Shown: piece by piece, positions 1 through 13,200 of the stretch
How positions within the stretch are numbered: the stretch's first letter is position 1
Layout: the number at the start of each line of letters is the position of its first letter
Assembly: GCA_002633005.1 (NCBI GenBank)
Contig: NMRA01000183.1
Location: 291,371-355,370 of the forward strand
Length of the DNA: 64,000 nt
Source of the DNA: Phoronis australis
Lineage: Eukaryota > Animalia > Phoronida
Reading direction: 5' to 3'
Notes under the pieces: model-generated
Told to the model about the DNA's origin: nothing
The model's input: only the letters and a program-made list of their open reading frames with translations
The model's database searches: none
Made by a program: the position numbers and the translations under genes

Positions 1-344
1 TATGTGAACCGTAAATCAAAAACTGTCTGATAACTATGCTGCTATTGGGCAAGCAGACGACATAAAGGGTCGGAACCGAAATTTGAATTTTGAAATTAAT
101 TACCAGTAGCATTGCCAAAAGTACTCACAATACCAACACTTCTACTATTGAAAGACTTTGAAAAGCGTTTCAATACCGAAATTAATATAAATTAATGTTT
201 TTTTCGCTGTTTTGGACAGTAAAGTAGATGCAAGTATTTCTCGTCAAATTACACTGACCGGAAACTGCAGCAGATAGGTCAGGAGAGTTCAACTCAGCTC
301 GTAAGAATATGCCGGAGTTGCGAATCTGTTGTCTATAATCTATG

Positions 345-1820
345 GTAGAATCAAAAACTTTTATAAGGAAGTTCTCGTGATCACGCGCTTAGTTTGCTGT
401 TTATAGCGAATTCTTATATTACCGTAATATGTTCGGGTCTCTGAGCTCTCAACTTGCACAACATTAATAACAGCGTCAAACTGAGTGCCAAAATGGATGA
501 TTGTGGAAATTAAACGTTTTATAAAATACATAATAATACTAATGGGATACCAGAAACTGTCAAAACAACACATTTAGTGATGATTAAGACTGCAGCAAAG
601 CATAATGAGCCTTAGAAACTGTACCGTTTTTCCATTTAAGTCGAGCGGAAAAATATGGCTATGTTGCGAGAGTATTTACAATAGAATATGATAGTGTGTC
701 AATTTAGCCCTGCGTCAAAAAGTGAGACATTTAAATGGTGAGGCGGAATGGCGGAAAGATTGAAAAGTGGACAGTCCGCAAAGAGCGGGGCAATTGGCAA
801 GTACACAATGCGCTGTCAGCAACATGAAGTACTCAACTGGGTTCTTTTACAAGGAAAAACTTAATTATCTTATTTCAGCGGCTAGTCAATTACTACCGAC
901 AACAGTAGTTATAGGTTAAGACTACAGAATAACAACGTTACTTAAACACACCTGTTTAGGATCTGAAGTTTTCATTTAGGAAAAATGTAACTTCTGTCCG
1001 TAAAACAAGGTAACATGAATTTAACACCCAGAAATGTCTTGTTGAAACACTCCTGGTATGCAGAACGGGACATTTCAACGAAGGTTTTGCAACATTCTTC
1101 CAACAAGAATGATAGAAAGACCTATGCATTATATGGACCAATTCTTGGGGACAAAACACTCATTGTTTCACATGGCGGCGACTGTATTCGCCTTTCTTAT
1201 AACGGTACCATGGCAGCTGATCATCCAGCAGATTCTCAAGTTTCCTATGAAGAGGTCGACATATTCTAACCTTCCACTTAGCCCACTCAAATGGCAATGC
1301 ATTTATCAGGGCCTGTGACACGGATGTTATTGTAATTGTTGTGTGGCTGTTTGAAAGTGTTTTGATGACTATTTATTGTGATTAAATAAGACTTTAAAAA
1401 CACGTTTGCTGCATTTCTTTAAAACATTGTTTAGTAGCCAATGCAATGGAAAGGCTTTTTGGAAAAAAAATCATGGTTCCTCGATCTAACGTAAATTAAG
1501 GGGTTATATGTTGTCGCGGTAGTATGTTTGATTTACCCGCTGCCCGTTGCCATAGCCCAAACTGCTACAGTAGCTGCAGTCTTAATCATCCCTTAATGGG
1601 TTGTTTTATTGACAGTTCCTAGTATCCCAATTATCAGGTATTTTCCAAAATGCTTACTTTTTACCACCATACATTTGGCACTCAGTGTAACACTTATATT
1701 ATTAGTTTTAGGCCAGGAGAGAGTTCAGTACACGCGGAGTATTACGGAAATACAAGAATTCGCCATGACCTGCAAACTAAACACGTGATCACACCTCCTT
1801 ATAGAAATTCTTAATTCTAC
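345..1820 (+). mobile_element. Degenerate Academ-like DNA transposon remnant with long diverged inverted repeats and an XPG/FEN1-like nuclease fragment
   Basis: About 345-596 is a diverged inverted copy of about 1573-1820 (e.g. gatgattaagactgcagc / gctgcagtcttaatcatc). The interior at about 1246-1355 reads EEVD/x/LTFHLAHSNGNAFIRACDTDVIVIVVWL across a frameshift, matching the EEAD..H...DTDV motif of XPG-like domains in Academ proteins. Confidence 0.55.
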
Positions 1821-2641
1821 AAAACTCTACCAAGATTTAAACGGGATTTTCATTATCCATTTAACATATGACACACTTCAACAGAATTACATGTGTGTGG
1901 TTGCGATTTCTGGTGCTGGCACGCACAACCCAGGATGGCTTTGTCTGTCACAGGTCATTCAATAACCAGTAACTTCTATTTGAATCATATGGAATTGTTT
2001 ACAATGTATTGTGGTACCTCAAATATCTAATGTTGCTCAAGCTTTCAATGGCATACCGTTGTTGAGATTTTTGTTGGGATATCGGTCATTTACAACTCAG
2101 AGTGTATTTTATCTGCCATGGGGTATTGAGTGATTAGTGACTCACATGGAATTGTTTCTGTGGTACCTCGAATGCATGAGTTCGCTCATTTTTTGAGGGT
2201 GTTTTTGGGTTTCTAACGGACCCTTTAAAGAGTGAAATTTGCCTGTCATGGGCCATTTGGTGTTAAGTGCGGTACTATTGTTCGTTTTATATCAGTTTTA
2301 ACTGGCACGTCGCATATCTAATCCAGCTCAATTGTCCATTGGCATACATTAGAAGGTGGTTGACATTTTCGGGGGTTTCTGCAAGGCACAACCCAGAGTG
2401 TACTTTGTTGAAGTAGAGAGCGGCAAAATTTGTAGAACTAAATTTGACATTGTTGGTATAACTGGCACAAACTTGGATCCAAATAGGGCTGTCCCAGATT
2501 AGACAGCGACACCCTAATGTTGCTGTATTCACCCACAATGCCGTAAACATTTGTCACACCCATTTGCTGCCTCGCTTTCATGCCACTGGAGTTTCACATA
2601 TTATTTGTTGTTGCCTGATTTTTACTATGTTTGTTCTTCCA

Positions 2642-2790
2642 ATGCCAACCAAATATTACTACTGTGCTGTGGGCTGCAACTCCGACGTAAGAAAGTTTGA
2701 TAAACTGAACAAAAACCCGTGGATGCGTGATCTGAAAATTTTCGCCTTCCCGACACCTATAACAGACAAGAAAATGTGCCTGATTTCAAG
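2642..2790 (+). mobile_element. THAP-domain-like fragment, probable DNA transposon remnant
   Basis: MPTKYYYCAVGCNSD...KIFAFP resembles a THAP N-terminus (C-x-V-(x)-GC...F-x-FP). No intact downstream part is seen. Confidence 0.3.
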
Positions 2791-3084
2791 AGGAGGTTTC
2801 GCGCTTTCTTATCTCCGGGACAAAAGAGATTTCAATCGCCGTATAATCCGGGACAGCCCCATTCGACCAACAAGTATTGTTTCCCAGTTGACGCACTATC
2901 TCATTATCCGCAGGCCGGAAGAGGCACATTCATTCGCAATATATTGATCCATCGTTGTAGTAGGCGGCAATTGGTGTAATAGGTGGTCTTTTGGAGTGAT
3001 AGGCAGTCCTTTAGAGTAAGAGCACAATAAGCGATGCTTATTGCGTTTTTACTCCGATATTCCGAAAAAAATCCTTAGAGTAAG

Positions 3085-3247
3085 CAGGGGCGGATCCAGG
3101 ATTTTTAGTTAGGGAGGCCAGGGAAGAGTATTAGCCAGGATTTTGCCCGTCAGACTTTCACACCCTCGAATTGCCAAATGGAATCTAGGAGAGTTTTAGG
3201 GGGGGGGGGGGCATGCCTCCCTTGGCACCCTTCTAAATCCGCTACTG
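3085..3247. mobile_element. hAT-like MITE with 5-bp TSD
   Basis: Termini CAGGGGCGGATCCAG...CTAAATCCGCTACTG, flanked by GTAAG at 3080-3084 and 3248-3252. An inverted homolog lies at 61129-61290. Confidence 0.75.
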
Positions 3248-3739
3248 GTAAGGAACCTTCGGAGTAAATGCACTTCGGGGTAACAATCCAACTGCGATTT
3301 CTGTCCATAACTGCTGTATTGCATATGTATTTACTGTAATGTTTGCTGCGAGAAGATGATTTTAAAGACAACTTTAATATTTTGATGATGTGCCAAATAT
3401 CCTTTCCGGAGTTGTCCGACAATGACTGTAACTAATAAAAATAAGAATTACATTTCTACGTTATATTTTTCTCTAAGTCCGATCACAATCAAATATGGCT
3501 GAGAGAACTGAATACACTTCTGCTAGAGGCGGCACTAAACATTTCTAAATCAAAGGACAATGAGACGACGGAGACTATCGTAACTAGATAACTAGACTTA
3601 ATAAACTCAAATTAAACGAATTAAAATGATCCAGCTGCAGTAACAGTAATCCTATCTAAAATCTTTACAAAATCCTCCACCTCTCGATGACGGAATCTAT
3701 CGACACAAAGTCCAAGATCAGCGTGGCTCAGAGTCCAAC

Positions 3740-5340
3740 TCCAAACGGCAGATCTTCGTAATCGGTGTTCCTAGCAGCATCTTCCCAAATCAGATCACGA
3801 CAGACCGGATTTGTCCATCTGTTCCAGGATAGACTTCGATGACTTGAGCCAGAGGCCAATGTGCTCTTGGCGAATCCGGGAGAAGAACTTAAACAACGTC
3901 GTCGATCTCGAGCACTTCTTGGGAACGCCAAAACTTGTCTATGATTCAATGTTGGCAACCATTATCGAAACCAGCCACTCCAAAAATGCCTTCTGTAACA
4001 CTTGGACTCGTCTACACCTGACTCTTAAGTTGAAGTCTGTACCATCTACTGACTCCTGCATGAATTCACCATCAGTTTGGCCAAACAAAAGGTGATTTGG
4101 CATCAACGTGACGTCATCTGAGGGGTGAGACGAATGGCAAGTTAATGGCCGCGAGTTGGTCAATGCCTCATGTCTAGTGAACGCCGCGTGTTTATTTCAT
4201 CATCTGCAGTATCTGCCTGCGAAAGTGTAGTTCGTTTTGCAGCCTTGATTATGGTATCATGCACTCGTTTAAAGTGCGGCCCCAAGGGTTGGTTGAAGTG
4301 CCAATGTATCCCCTTGTTGACTGCTGATCTGTCAATGGTGCCTTTGTCTAGCTTGTTCACAAGCTCTCTCAGTTCTTGCTCTCCTCCATTGAACTTACTT
4401 CCGTTGTCTGACAAGAGTTCTAGCAGTCGACCTATTCTATTCATCATCTGAAACTAGTCAAGTTCAACACCAGGCGCAGCAGGTGGCATGACGTCATATC
4501 CTCTGGCGTGCGAATATGTACTTCCTATGTTAGGATCTTTCTTAATCCGCTTTTCTGTATTCTCTGAATTCTTGAGTGCAGTGTTAATTATCAGACAAGA
4601 CTTGTCTGTTCTTCTTCCATGGCATCGATACTTGATAATGATCATCATGGAAGTTCATTGACTCTTCTACTTGTGCGAATTCGCTTGTTTCTTGTTCGAT
4701 ATGAGTCGTTGGATGCTTTAAGGTCCCAGATGCTTCAATGTCCCAGAACTTCTGTAGTGTAGTGTTTTGCTCATAATCTGCTTGCTCTGCAAAAAGGTGA
4801 CATTGAAATTGGTGGAGTTTTTCTCAGTTTCATCTCCTTCCCAAATGCATAATCAGCCTAAGGGTGCCAATCTGGTGATCGGCTTTCCAGTCTTACCAAT
4901 GACTTCTTTGAGTGAGTAGTGCAGGTCTGGTTGATCGATTCCGATCAGCATGTCGACAAAAGGTCGATAGGCGAGACTTGGGAACGGGAGTTCTTGCAAA
5001 TGTTTTCACTTGGCAGACCGTGCTCTTCAGTCAACAGGTCATAAGTCGCTAGTCACTCTTTTCACAGTGACTGCTGAAAGTGTTGTATCAGTCCGTCCGG
5101 CTAAGTTTTGAGTTGGAACTCAACTGGCATCGTTTAAAAACTGTTATCTTGTCCTCTGAGCATGTTGACTGCACAACTGGGAAGCCACACCACTGTTCAT
5201 ATATGTTTTTGTCCTGGCATCTTCGCGAATAGCATGAATGATCAGGTTACGACTGCTGCTCATGACCTCTACCGGAACAGTGTGCAAAGCCACAACGTGC
5301 TTTGTGAAATCTGAGTCTTGAAGATGTGCTGTAAGCAATT
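3740..5340 (-). mobile_element. Degenerate BEL/Pao LTR retrotransposon fragment (protease region, pre-RT region, integrase and C-terminal tail)
   Basis: Fragments VALHTVPV...DARTKTYMNSGVA (protease-like), LLSDNGSKF...IHWHFNQPLGPHF...IIKAAKR (integrase core) and NSRPLT...TLMPNHLLFGQ are typical of BEL/Pao pol. Many stops and frameshifts, and most of RT is deleted. Confidence 0.8.
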
Positions 5341-7984
5341 TAATTTGCTAATAAAATTATTGTTTTATGACATTCACCTAAAAACTCATAAAATTCATTT
5401 TTACTAATTTCGATATAAAGAGCCATGTTACAAATGGACCGCTTATGTCTTGTGCCATTTGTTTTCTGACCCCATGGCACATTTGAAAACATCTCACATG
5501 TGACGTGCAAATTTCACATGTGATAAGGCAATGTTCCAAGTGAGAAATGCCATTTCTCACATGGAACGAGAGTTTTTGAAAGTTACTTACAGCTAATGAA
5601 CAAATAATTTTGGCAAAGTAAACAACTGAACCGAAATCACAATAACAAAAGCTATCTATTCCAGACGTTTTCAGTTGAATTGGGCAAAACGATTTTGATA
5701 TTTTTGAAAATTCCATATTATTTTGGGATGTGTTTAAAGTGCTTACAATTGCCGATTTCAAATCATGAACACATAAAGTGTAAATACAACCCACCAGTCT
5801 ACCAATTGTCAAATTGAACACCTGCAAACATTATTTGACAATTAGTTTATTAGCTGATCTCGAGTTATGAACACTTATTGGTCGTCACATATACTACGTT
5901 CAATCAGACAACTAAGGAAAGCATTAGTCATCCTTCCTTGTGTGTCATCTAATTGTTCGTTTTCATTTAGTTAGTGGTAAAATAAAGAACTGAAAAATGT
6001 TGCTTTTGTAATTTTGAGGAAAACTCAGATACTGATAATGTACCAACGGGAGCGTAGCATTGGCTCCGGGCTTTTTCGCGTCTCGGGTTCTGTGTCGCAT
6101 TTTATGGATTCCGGGTTCTATGTGTCCCGGATTCTAAGTGTCTCGGTGTTCTGCGATATAGTACAGGGGCTAAGCGGACGAGTGTGAAAGTTTTAGCTAC
6201 AGCCGGCACTTTAGTTCCACATGGAAATTTTGGGATGCTTTTCCGACCCTGACATAGGCAAAAAAATGACCTCATTTGGCCTAATAGCATAATTGCAGAC
6301 ATATATCTGGAACCACTTGACAGAATCTCACCCTCTTTGGGTCGATTCTTGTGCTCACCAGAGCAACCAAATATTTTCGACAATTGTTTAGTGCAGTGGG
6401 TGTCACACAAGTAAAAAGAAGAAAGCAAGACACTTCATCACTGTCACAACATTGATATCCATTCTGGTGCACCCTCACATATAATTTGCGAACATTCCAT
6501 TATTTCTTGGTGACATGCCAGTACATGGAAAACTCCCCAATATACTACTATAATCCCCAATAGTTACAAGTCAGTTGCTAATCTGTAGAATAGCTCACAA
6601 CTTACAAAACGTATTAACATTGAGTATTTCACCACTCATAACTAGTCAAAGTTCCAAAATGTCATGACAAAATGTTTTAAGAAGTACTGAACAGCAATCG
6701 AAATATTCACTATACCCACAACTTCATACTAAAATGTAATAAAAAGACTTGCATGACAAGACCAAAATTTACTTTCACATAGCCACTGTTCCTCTTATCA
6801 ATAACAGTAAATATTTCAGGTAAGTTGGGGTTTAATCAGGAGATCATAATCTGTTACCTAGTCACAACTGGGGCTTATATTAATCACAATTTCAAAAAAT
6901 GTGCAAAATAGGCAACACATATACCAAGACATCAAGAAAATCTGACCAATTTTCTCACTCTCTTTTAATTCACTGATACACAACAGCAATTTTCGCCAAA
7001 GAAATGCGTTATAAATAAAGCTGAAAACTAATTTACTTACAGAGAAGCAAACTGATTCTGAATCCTTAGCTCAGCATAGTTGGGACAAACTAACATGAAC
7101 CCTGCAAAGAAGCTGTTCTAAGATCAATGTTGAGAACACAAGAACAAAGAAAATGAATACATCTTTTATGCTTGGGACAATACAAAATCACACAAACGCT
7201 CCTCAGTACTAGTAATATTCTAAAACGTGCAGTTTACACTTTCTGCGGCAAGACTCTACATCTAAATTGATAGAATATGGATTTTTTCTCTAGAAATGTT
7301 GATTTTTAAACAAATTTTGTTTGATAGTTTGTTTCAAATAATTCAGTTTGGATCAAAATTTCAGCCCTCCATTCAGACTCAGAAAGAGCCATCAGTTTGG
7401 TTCTCTCCAAATCACAGGCTAACCTTTCATAAAATGTTTGAATCTGATCAACCTTAGTAAAAATTTGAGAAACAGGTTTTGACCAATTGTCCTTTCTACA
7501 CGTGATGTCCCAGTAAAATACTTAGCTTTATGAGGCTATAATCAGACATGCAAATAAGTTTATTCCAGAGCCGTAATATACATAATTTCCGGAGAACATT
7601 TTGACATCTTTGATTTTGGTGGATTTGGGGCATTGTTGGTGCTGCATTCCATACTAGATTGTTATTCGTGAACATGGACTCCCTGAAGTAACGAGCTCAT
7701 TACGTGCAGTAGGCCTACTTGGACAAGTAGGTTGCATCTCTTTTCATAAGGTCGGCTCCCAGCCCTTGCACCTGACAGAAATCAATGAGAGACTCAGGAA
7801 CAAACCTCATACTCACTAGGCTCATGGAAGACAGGTAGCCTACACTACACTAAACTACAGTAGTCCTGTCCTACTGTGCCTGTGATAGAGACAAAACCGT
7901 CTTGGTGTCAACTTAAAAAAATCAGGACTCAAATATTTTTAGGGCCGCGTACATACATACGTACCTACGTGCGTATGCATGTAT

Positions 7985-7986
<2 letters not shown>

Positions 7987-8051
<65 letters not shown>
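7987..8051. repeat. (CA)n microsatellite
   Basis: About 32 perfect AC units. Confidence 0.98.
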
Positions 8052-8055
<4 letters not shown>

Positions 8056-8059
8056 TATG

Positions 8060-9460
8060 GACAAATATATATACAGAATTTGTTGAATGCGCGACACTTT
8101 TCATTGTTCACGGTCTTTACTCCGTTGCGTTCATACTTTCTGAACAAAACTCTACTCTCTACTGAACATAGATACAGTAACTGACCTAGCGACATAATTA
8201 AAAGACACACGATATTTCGAAACATACTTGTTTCATTCTCAAGTGAAGATAAAATGACGCAATAATGCCACCACAGAGTATAAGCTGGCGACACACACAG
8301 TGAGACACGGCGGGTGTGAAATACTGCAAAGAATGACTAATGAATCGGGGTAACAGGAAAGTCACGCAAACAAGTGTAACGTGCGGCGCGACCCTGTTTG
8401 CTGCTCATTCAAAATAGGCTTCTCAAAAGCAATTAAAAGGGACTCTAATACTTTCAAACGCAGCACATCTTGCTCCACGTAGCGAATTGACGTGTTTTCC
8501 ACAATTTCTTGACGGGTGATTTTACGTGCGTGGTATTGCAGAAAATGATCTTGAATGGCGCCATTTTGAAGATGCATGGATAACCGACGGGAAAGACTGC
8601 AAACCGTTTGACCAATGTAACATTGTTTGACGTTTGAACGAAGACATTCATTCATAGGGCATACAAATTCATAAACAACACTACACTGTGCAACGGGGCG
8701 GACTTTCGCTTTAGAAATGTTATTTTTCATGACCAAGTTGGAGGACTTCCTATTCCGATAATAAATAATAACATCAAGGTAATCATCAGGCTTACAAACT
8801 TTAACGTTGTCCCTTATGATTTTCTTAATGGCGTGTTCGTCCTGGAGGTAATTATTAGACATGACATTTTTGTAAAATATCTTTTTGGTGACACCAGTCC
8901 GACGTGCAGGGACTTCATAGCTAATTCTGGACATAAATCGCTTAATATGGAAGTCCACGAAAGCATTGGTATACCCATTATTCACCAGTGTTTGTCTTAT
9001 GCGATCTACCTCTTGATTGAACAATAGCCAGTTAGACGACACCGAATACGCCCTCTTTAGGAAGTTGACCACAACGGCGACCTTATACCGCTCAGGGCAC
9101 TCACTTTTGGCGTGGAGACAGAAACCTTTATCAGTGGGCTTGTGGTAAACTGATGTAGAAAATTCAGACGGAGAATGGTTCACAAGAACGTCCAAAAACG
9201 GAATCTTGTCATTTACAGGAAGCTCGTGGGTAAACTTCAATACAGAGTGGCGCTCAAGTTCATCACGTACTGATAACAAGTCATCAAAGGCACAATAAAC
9301 AAAAATATCATCTACATAACGTACATAGATAGGAATACCACCAATCACATTGCTAGCCCTCTTTTCCACTTCAGACATATAAAATTCCGAGAAAGTGGGA
9401 CCCAGAGGAGAGCCCATGCTCACACCATCTTTTTGCAAAAACAATTTCCCATTTATATGT
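8060..9460 (-). mobile_element. 5'-truncated Penelope-like retroelement (RT + GIY-YIG endonuclease)
   Basis: Uninterrupted ORF 8362-9486 with GVSMGSPLGP, YVRYVDDIF, IPFLDVLV, VYHKPT and a C-terminal GIY-YIG domain (VVYEFVCP...C...YIGQT...LSRRLSMH...ESLLI..KPILNEQ). The 3' region has a hammerhead-like motif. Flanked by simple repeats. Confidence 0.92.
8208..8245 (-). ncRNA. Minimal hammerhead ribozyme-like motif in the PLE 3' region
   Basis: Minus strand reads CAC-TTGAGAA-T-GAAACA-agta-TGTTTC-GAAA-TAT-C-GTG: 3-bp stem I, variant core, 6-bp stem II, GAAA and palindromic stem III, as in PLE-associated minimal hammerheads. Confidence 0.55.
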
Positions 9461-9532
9461 ATATATGTATATATACATATATACATGTAAGGCTAAACTT
9501 TTTGTTAGAAACCTTGATACTGAGACGCTCGT

Positions 9533-9942
9533 TCCTGGATTTTCCGTAGATAAGCCAGCCTGATGAAACTCCAATGGGCATTTATTTGGAAAATTATGCC
9601 GAATAAACGCCCATGGGTGATTATTTGGTGTTAGAACTTCTTGTGTCAAGTGTCCAGATAGTAAGGCGTTAATTCGGAAAATGTCCTCTTAAAAACCCAC
9701 TCATTTTTTAGCCACCGGTACAGTTTTGTGGAGCATTATCATTGATAAAAACCAACAAGGTGTTGGCAAACTATGTATTAATTAACTTAAAATTAAAAAA
9801 AAAACAGACTTATGCAAACAATCGCTGATATTTTCATATCAGTCAAGGCTATGACTTTTCGTTTACCCGCCCCCTTTATCCAAATATCTCATGTCATTTT
9901 CCGAATACACGCCTGTGGGGTCATGTACAGAAAACCCCGGTA
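9533..9942. mobile_element. About 430-bp Tc1/mariner-type (CCG-terminal, TA-flanked) MITE, copy 1
   Basis: Internal sequence homologous to 56096-56526 (same orientation) and 41653-42086 (inverted). Ends ...gaaaaccccggTA. Confidence 0.65.
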
Positions 9943-10271
9943 GTGTCGAAGCAACGTCTTCTTTTCAGGTGTGCAGCAAATATAGCAAAGCACCGAGACA
10001 TAACAAACAAGCAAATTAAAGCACAAGCTATATGTCGAGACTGCACGTCTCATCATCAAGCAAAAAGTAGAATGAACATATACGTAGCGAAATATATTTT
10101 CGCTACATAAATGTTTCATTACCTACAATGTATTAGCGTGCAATGAAGGCGATGCGGGCTTAATTTAATCTGCTGTTTGATTGCTTCGTTTCATTTCACC
10201 GATAAAGACTGGACAACAATCTTGTGGAAATCATTGACTATCTACTGGGTGCTTAGACCGGATATCTAATC

Positions 10272-10279
10272 ATGAATAT
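10272..10279 (+). CDS. ATP-grasp gene, coding part of exon 1 (ATG AAT AT)
   Basis: ATGAATAT|gtaagt. Phase 2 joins the G at 10796 to give M-N-M-I-S-P. Confidence 0.6.
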
Positions 10280-13200
10280 GTAAGTAAATCTGCCTGGTTC
10301 AAGCACTTACATTGTACCATTAGAAACGATACATTTGTCTCGTGCTCAAACTGTAACAACAACAACACGAGGGTCGCCGAGAAAACTGAAAGAAAAAACC
10401 TATTTCTATGATAGAATTTGCAATGTGTTAAAGCTGTTTTTGCTAAGAGTTCTTTGATATCAGTTCAACGGCGACAACTTGCTCAACCATCCTGACTTAG
10501 ATTACACGTAAAAGTAGATGATGCAACGCAATGTTTGTTTAAGTGATGGCGCTTTCAGAATGGTCATTCCAACTGACACCATCTAGAGGTCTCCATTTAA
10601 ACATGCCGCTCTCTATCCAAGCGAATTTCCCCAATAGCAGAGGCTATCTAAGAAGAGCGATCAGAGCAATTTTTCTTTTTCCTCCATAAATTGAACACTC
10701 GTCCCCCTCTCTCTCGCATATGGGAGAAACACTTCAGGGTCTATTCCTATCATGGTCACGTATGCTATTGAATTGTTTTTACTTTTTCATTTTAGGATTT
10801 CACCTGTACAATACACGCCATCTGGGCCTCTCGCAGAAAAATCTCTCCTTTGTATGTGTAATCGTATGCTTGTAACCAACGAAACCGAACTCGGTAACTC
10901 TGTCTGGGTTACTTTGAAGAAGATGGGACTGAAATCATTATGTGTCTTGGTACCGAAAAACGAAGAGAATAGTTACTGGTGTGCAAAGATGAAGTTCTTA
11001 GGAATCATTGACGAGTACAACGACGAAGGTTTGATTCACGAAAAGAAAGATGGCCGACCGGTGGAAGAAATCAGCGCTAGCATTATCGAGTGGTTGAAAA
11101 AGAGAAATATCAAAGTAACTTTCCCTTTTAGGACTAAAAATTAGATAATGAACACGTGCAAATCATAAGCAATAAGTTAACGTCCGAGAATAAATGTGTT
11201 TTAACAGTAAATATTCCTCAAGAGCTATGAATAACGCGCCATAAATACGTCAGGTTCATTTTAACTCCCAGGAACTGCACACTGTTCGCATTTTGGTCCG
11301 CTTTGATACATGTTCCTTTTGACTTTCTGTTCATAGTAAAAAATGTGTAATATTACCGCTGGCTCTGTCGCTATTTTAACTAATGTGTCCAGCATTACAG
11401 TTGACATCTTGCATAACAGTGGTAAACAATTTATTTTAAAAGTTGAGCATATCCTATGACAACAATGATATCATCAATGCGTTTGTGAAATTAATTGCGT
11501 CCATTGAAGAGCATTGATACGCCGTAAAATGTAACAATTTCGCAAAATGTAACAACTGTTGCATTTTACGTCATTGTTACATTATATGTTGCTAAGCCTC
11601 TCCTGAAATGTAACAAGTTGTTACATTTTACGTAGTTGTTACATTTCACGTCGAACGCACAGCGAGAAATGTACCATTGTTACATTTTACGAAACCCACG
11701 TCATATTGCAAAGAAATTGACCAAAATCACGAACAAGTGGTATCTGACACGGCCGGGGTACTGGAGTATTTTTAGATGAGGAGTGCCGCCCAAAAATTTG
11801 AATACCGACACGTGTAGAGAGTGGGCTCGAACAAAAAAGTGACCCATTTAGAGACTAGTTTGTGTAAAAATTCACATTTTCGCACACTTCTGTTTCAGAA
11901 ATTCAGAAAAACCACTTTTAAAAATTTTTTTTTCGGAAATGGCACCATTTTGGAGAGTACTTTTTTCTGTGAAAAAACACCCTTTTGGGCTGCACTTTTC
12001 GTATAATCTTCTATAGGAATGAGACGGGCTGACACGACATGAATTTGGCTACCTATTATCATTGTTATTAGTATTACATTACCATCACTACTGTTACTGC
12101 TATTAATGCTGTTACTGCTATCACTAGCATTACTCCTTATCGCTTCGTTTTCGTTATCGCTTATTATTATTATTATTATTATTATTAATCGTTTTAAATT
12201 TATTTATTGAGAACACAATACATGTTTAGCAAAGTCCCGATACATCATGGTCCTCAGTTTTTAAAATCATCTCATTTATGGTTCATTTTTGTCATCGGGC
12301 TTTCCATAGTGGACGGCCAGTGCTGTTCCAAAAGGATTTTAAAGAGGCTCCTATGTTTAGCTTTAACGATATTGTGAGGAACGTCTCGACAGCTGTGGAT
12401 GCACAGTAGGCCTACTTTTTGGAAACGAGGAGGCTGAACTTTAAAATCTTGTTTAGGCGTGCACCAACTTCAAAAATTGAATATTTCTGAACTATTGGCA
12501 AGAACTGTATTATTTGTAAATATAACTATATTCATATGTAGTTTGCCACAAAGAACTGAATTCAGACCACAATATTGTCTCTGACTTGTTGAAAACATTC
12601 CTCGTCAAAGAACTGGGGATCGTTCCACGATGATGTGTAAGTTCAAAAATTGCTTTAAGTTGAACTCTGGAGGCAGACATTTTCGACAACTAACGACTAG
12701 TCGGCTGCGGTCACCTGGTCATTAGAATAGTTGGTAACGGACATAAAAAACAAGCAACGATTTTACGTGGAATGGGCTCCCGATATTCTTAGAAAAGCGC
12801 TATGATTTAACAAAATGGCTTGAACTAGGTTTCATTGAAAGTGGATTGCATGGAACAAAAACCGCCCGAAGTCTCTTCTCTCTTCTTTTCTCTTCTAGGC
12901 GTTGTCCATCCACTGCAGGATGTAGCCCTCCGACAATGCCTTCCAACTTGTTCTGTCTCTTGCTGCTCTCATCCATGTTGTGCCTATCGTTTTCACGTCA
13001 TCTCTCCATCTGGCTTGGGGCCGTCCTCTTGATCTCTTTCCATATCTGGGATGCCACTCTGTGCATCTTTTTGTCCAGTTGTTGTCCTGTGCTCTGGCTA
13101 CGTGTCCGCCCCACCTCCATTTCAATTTTAGAATTGTCTTGATTATGTCCATGACTCTTGTTTGTTCTCTTATCTCTGTGTGTGGAATCCTGTCTAGTAA

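Noticed and set aside
8095-8140. SECIS-like ATGA...AAA...TGA string in the PLE 3' region (minus strand)
   Set aside because: Helix II pairs over only about 4 bp, and the visible ORF has no in-frame TGA.
7876-8294. THTHTH / CVCVCV ORFs
   Set aside because: Translations of the (CA)n microsatellite.
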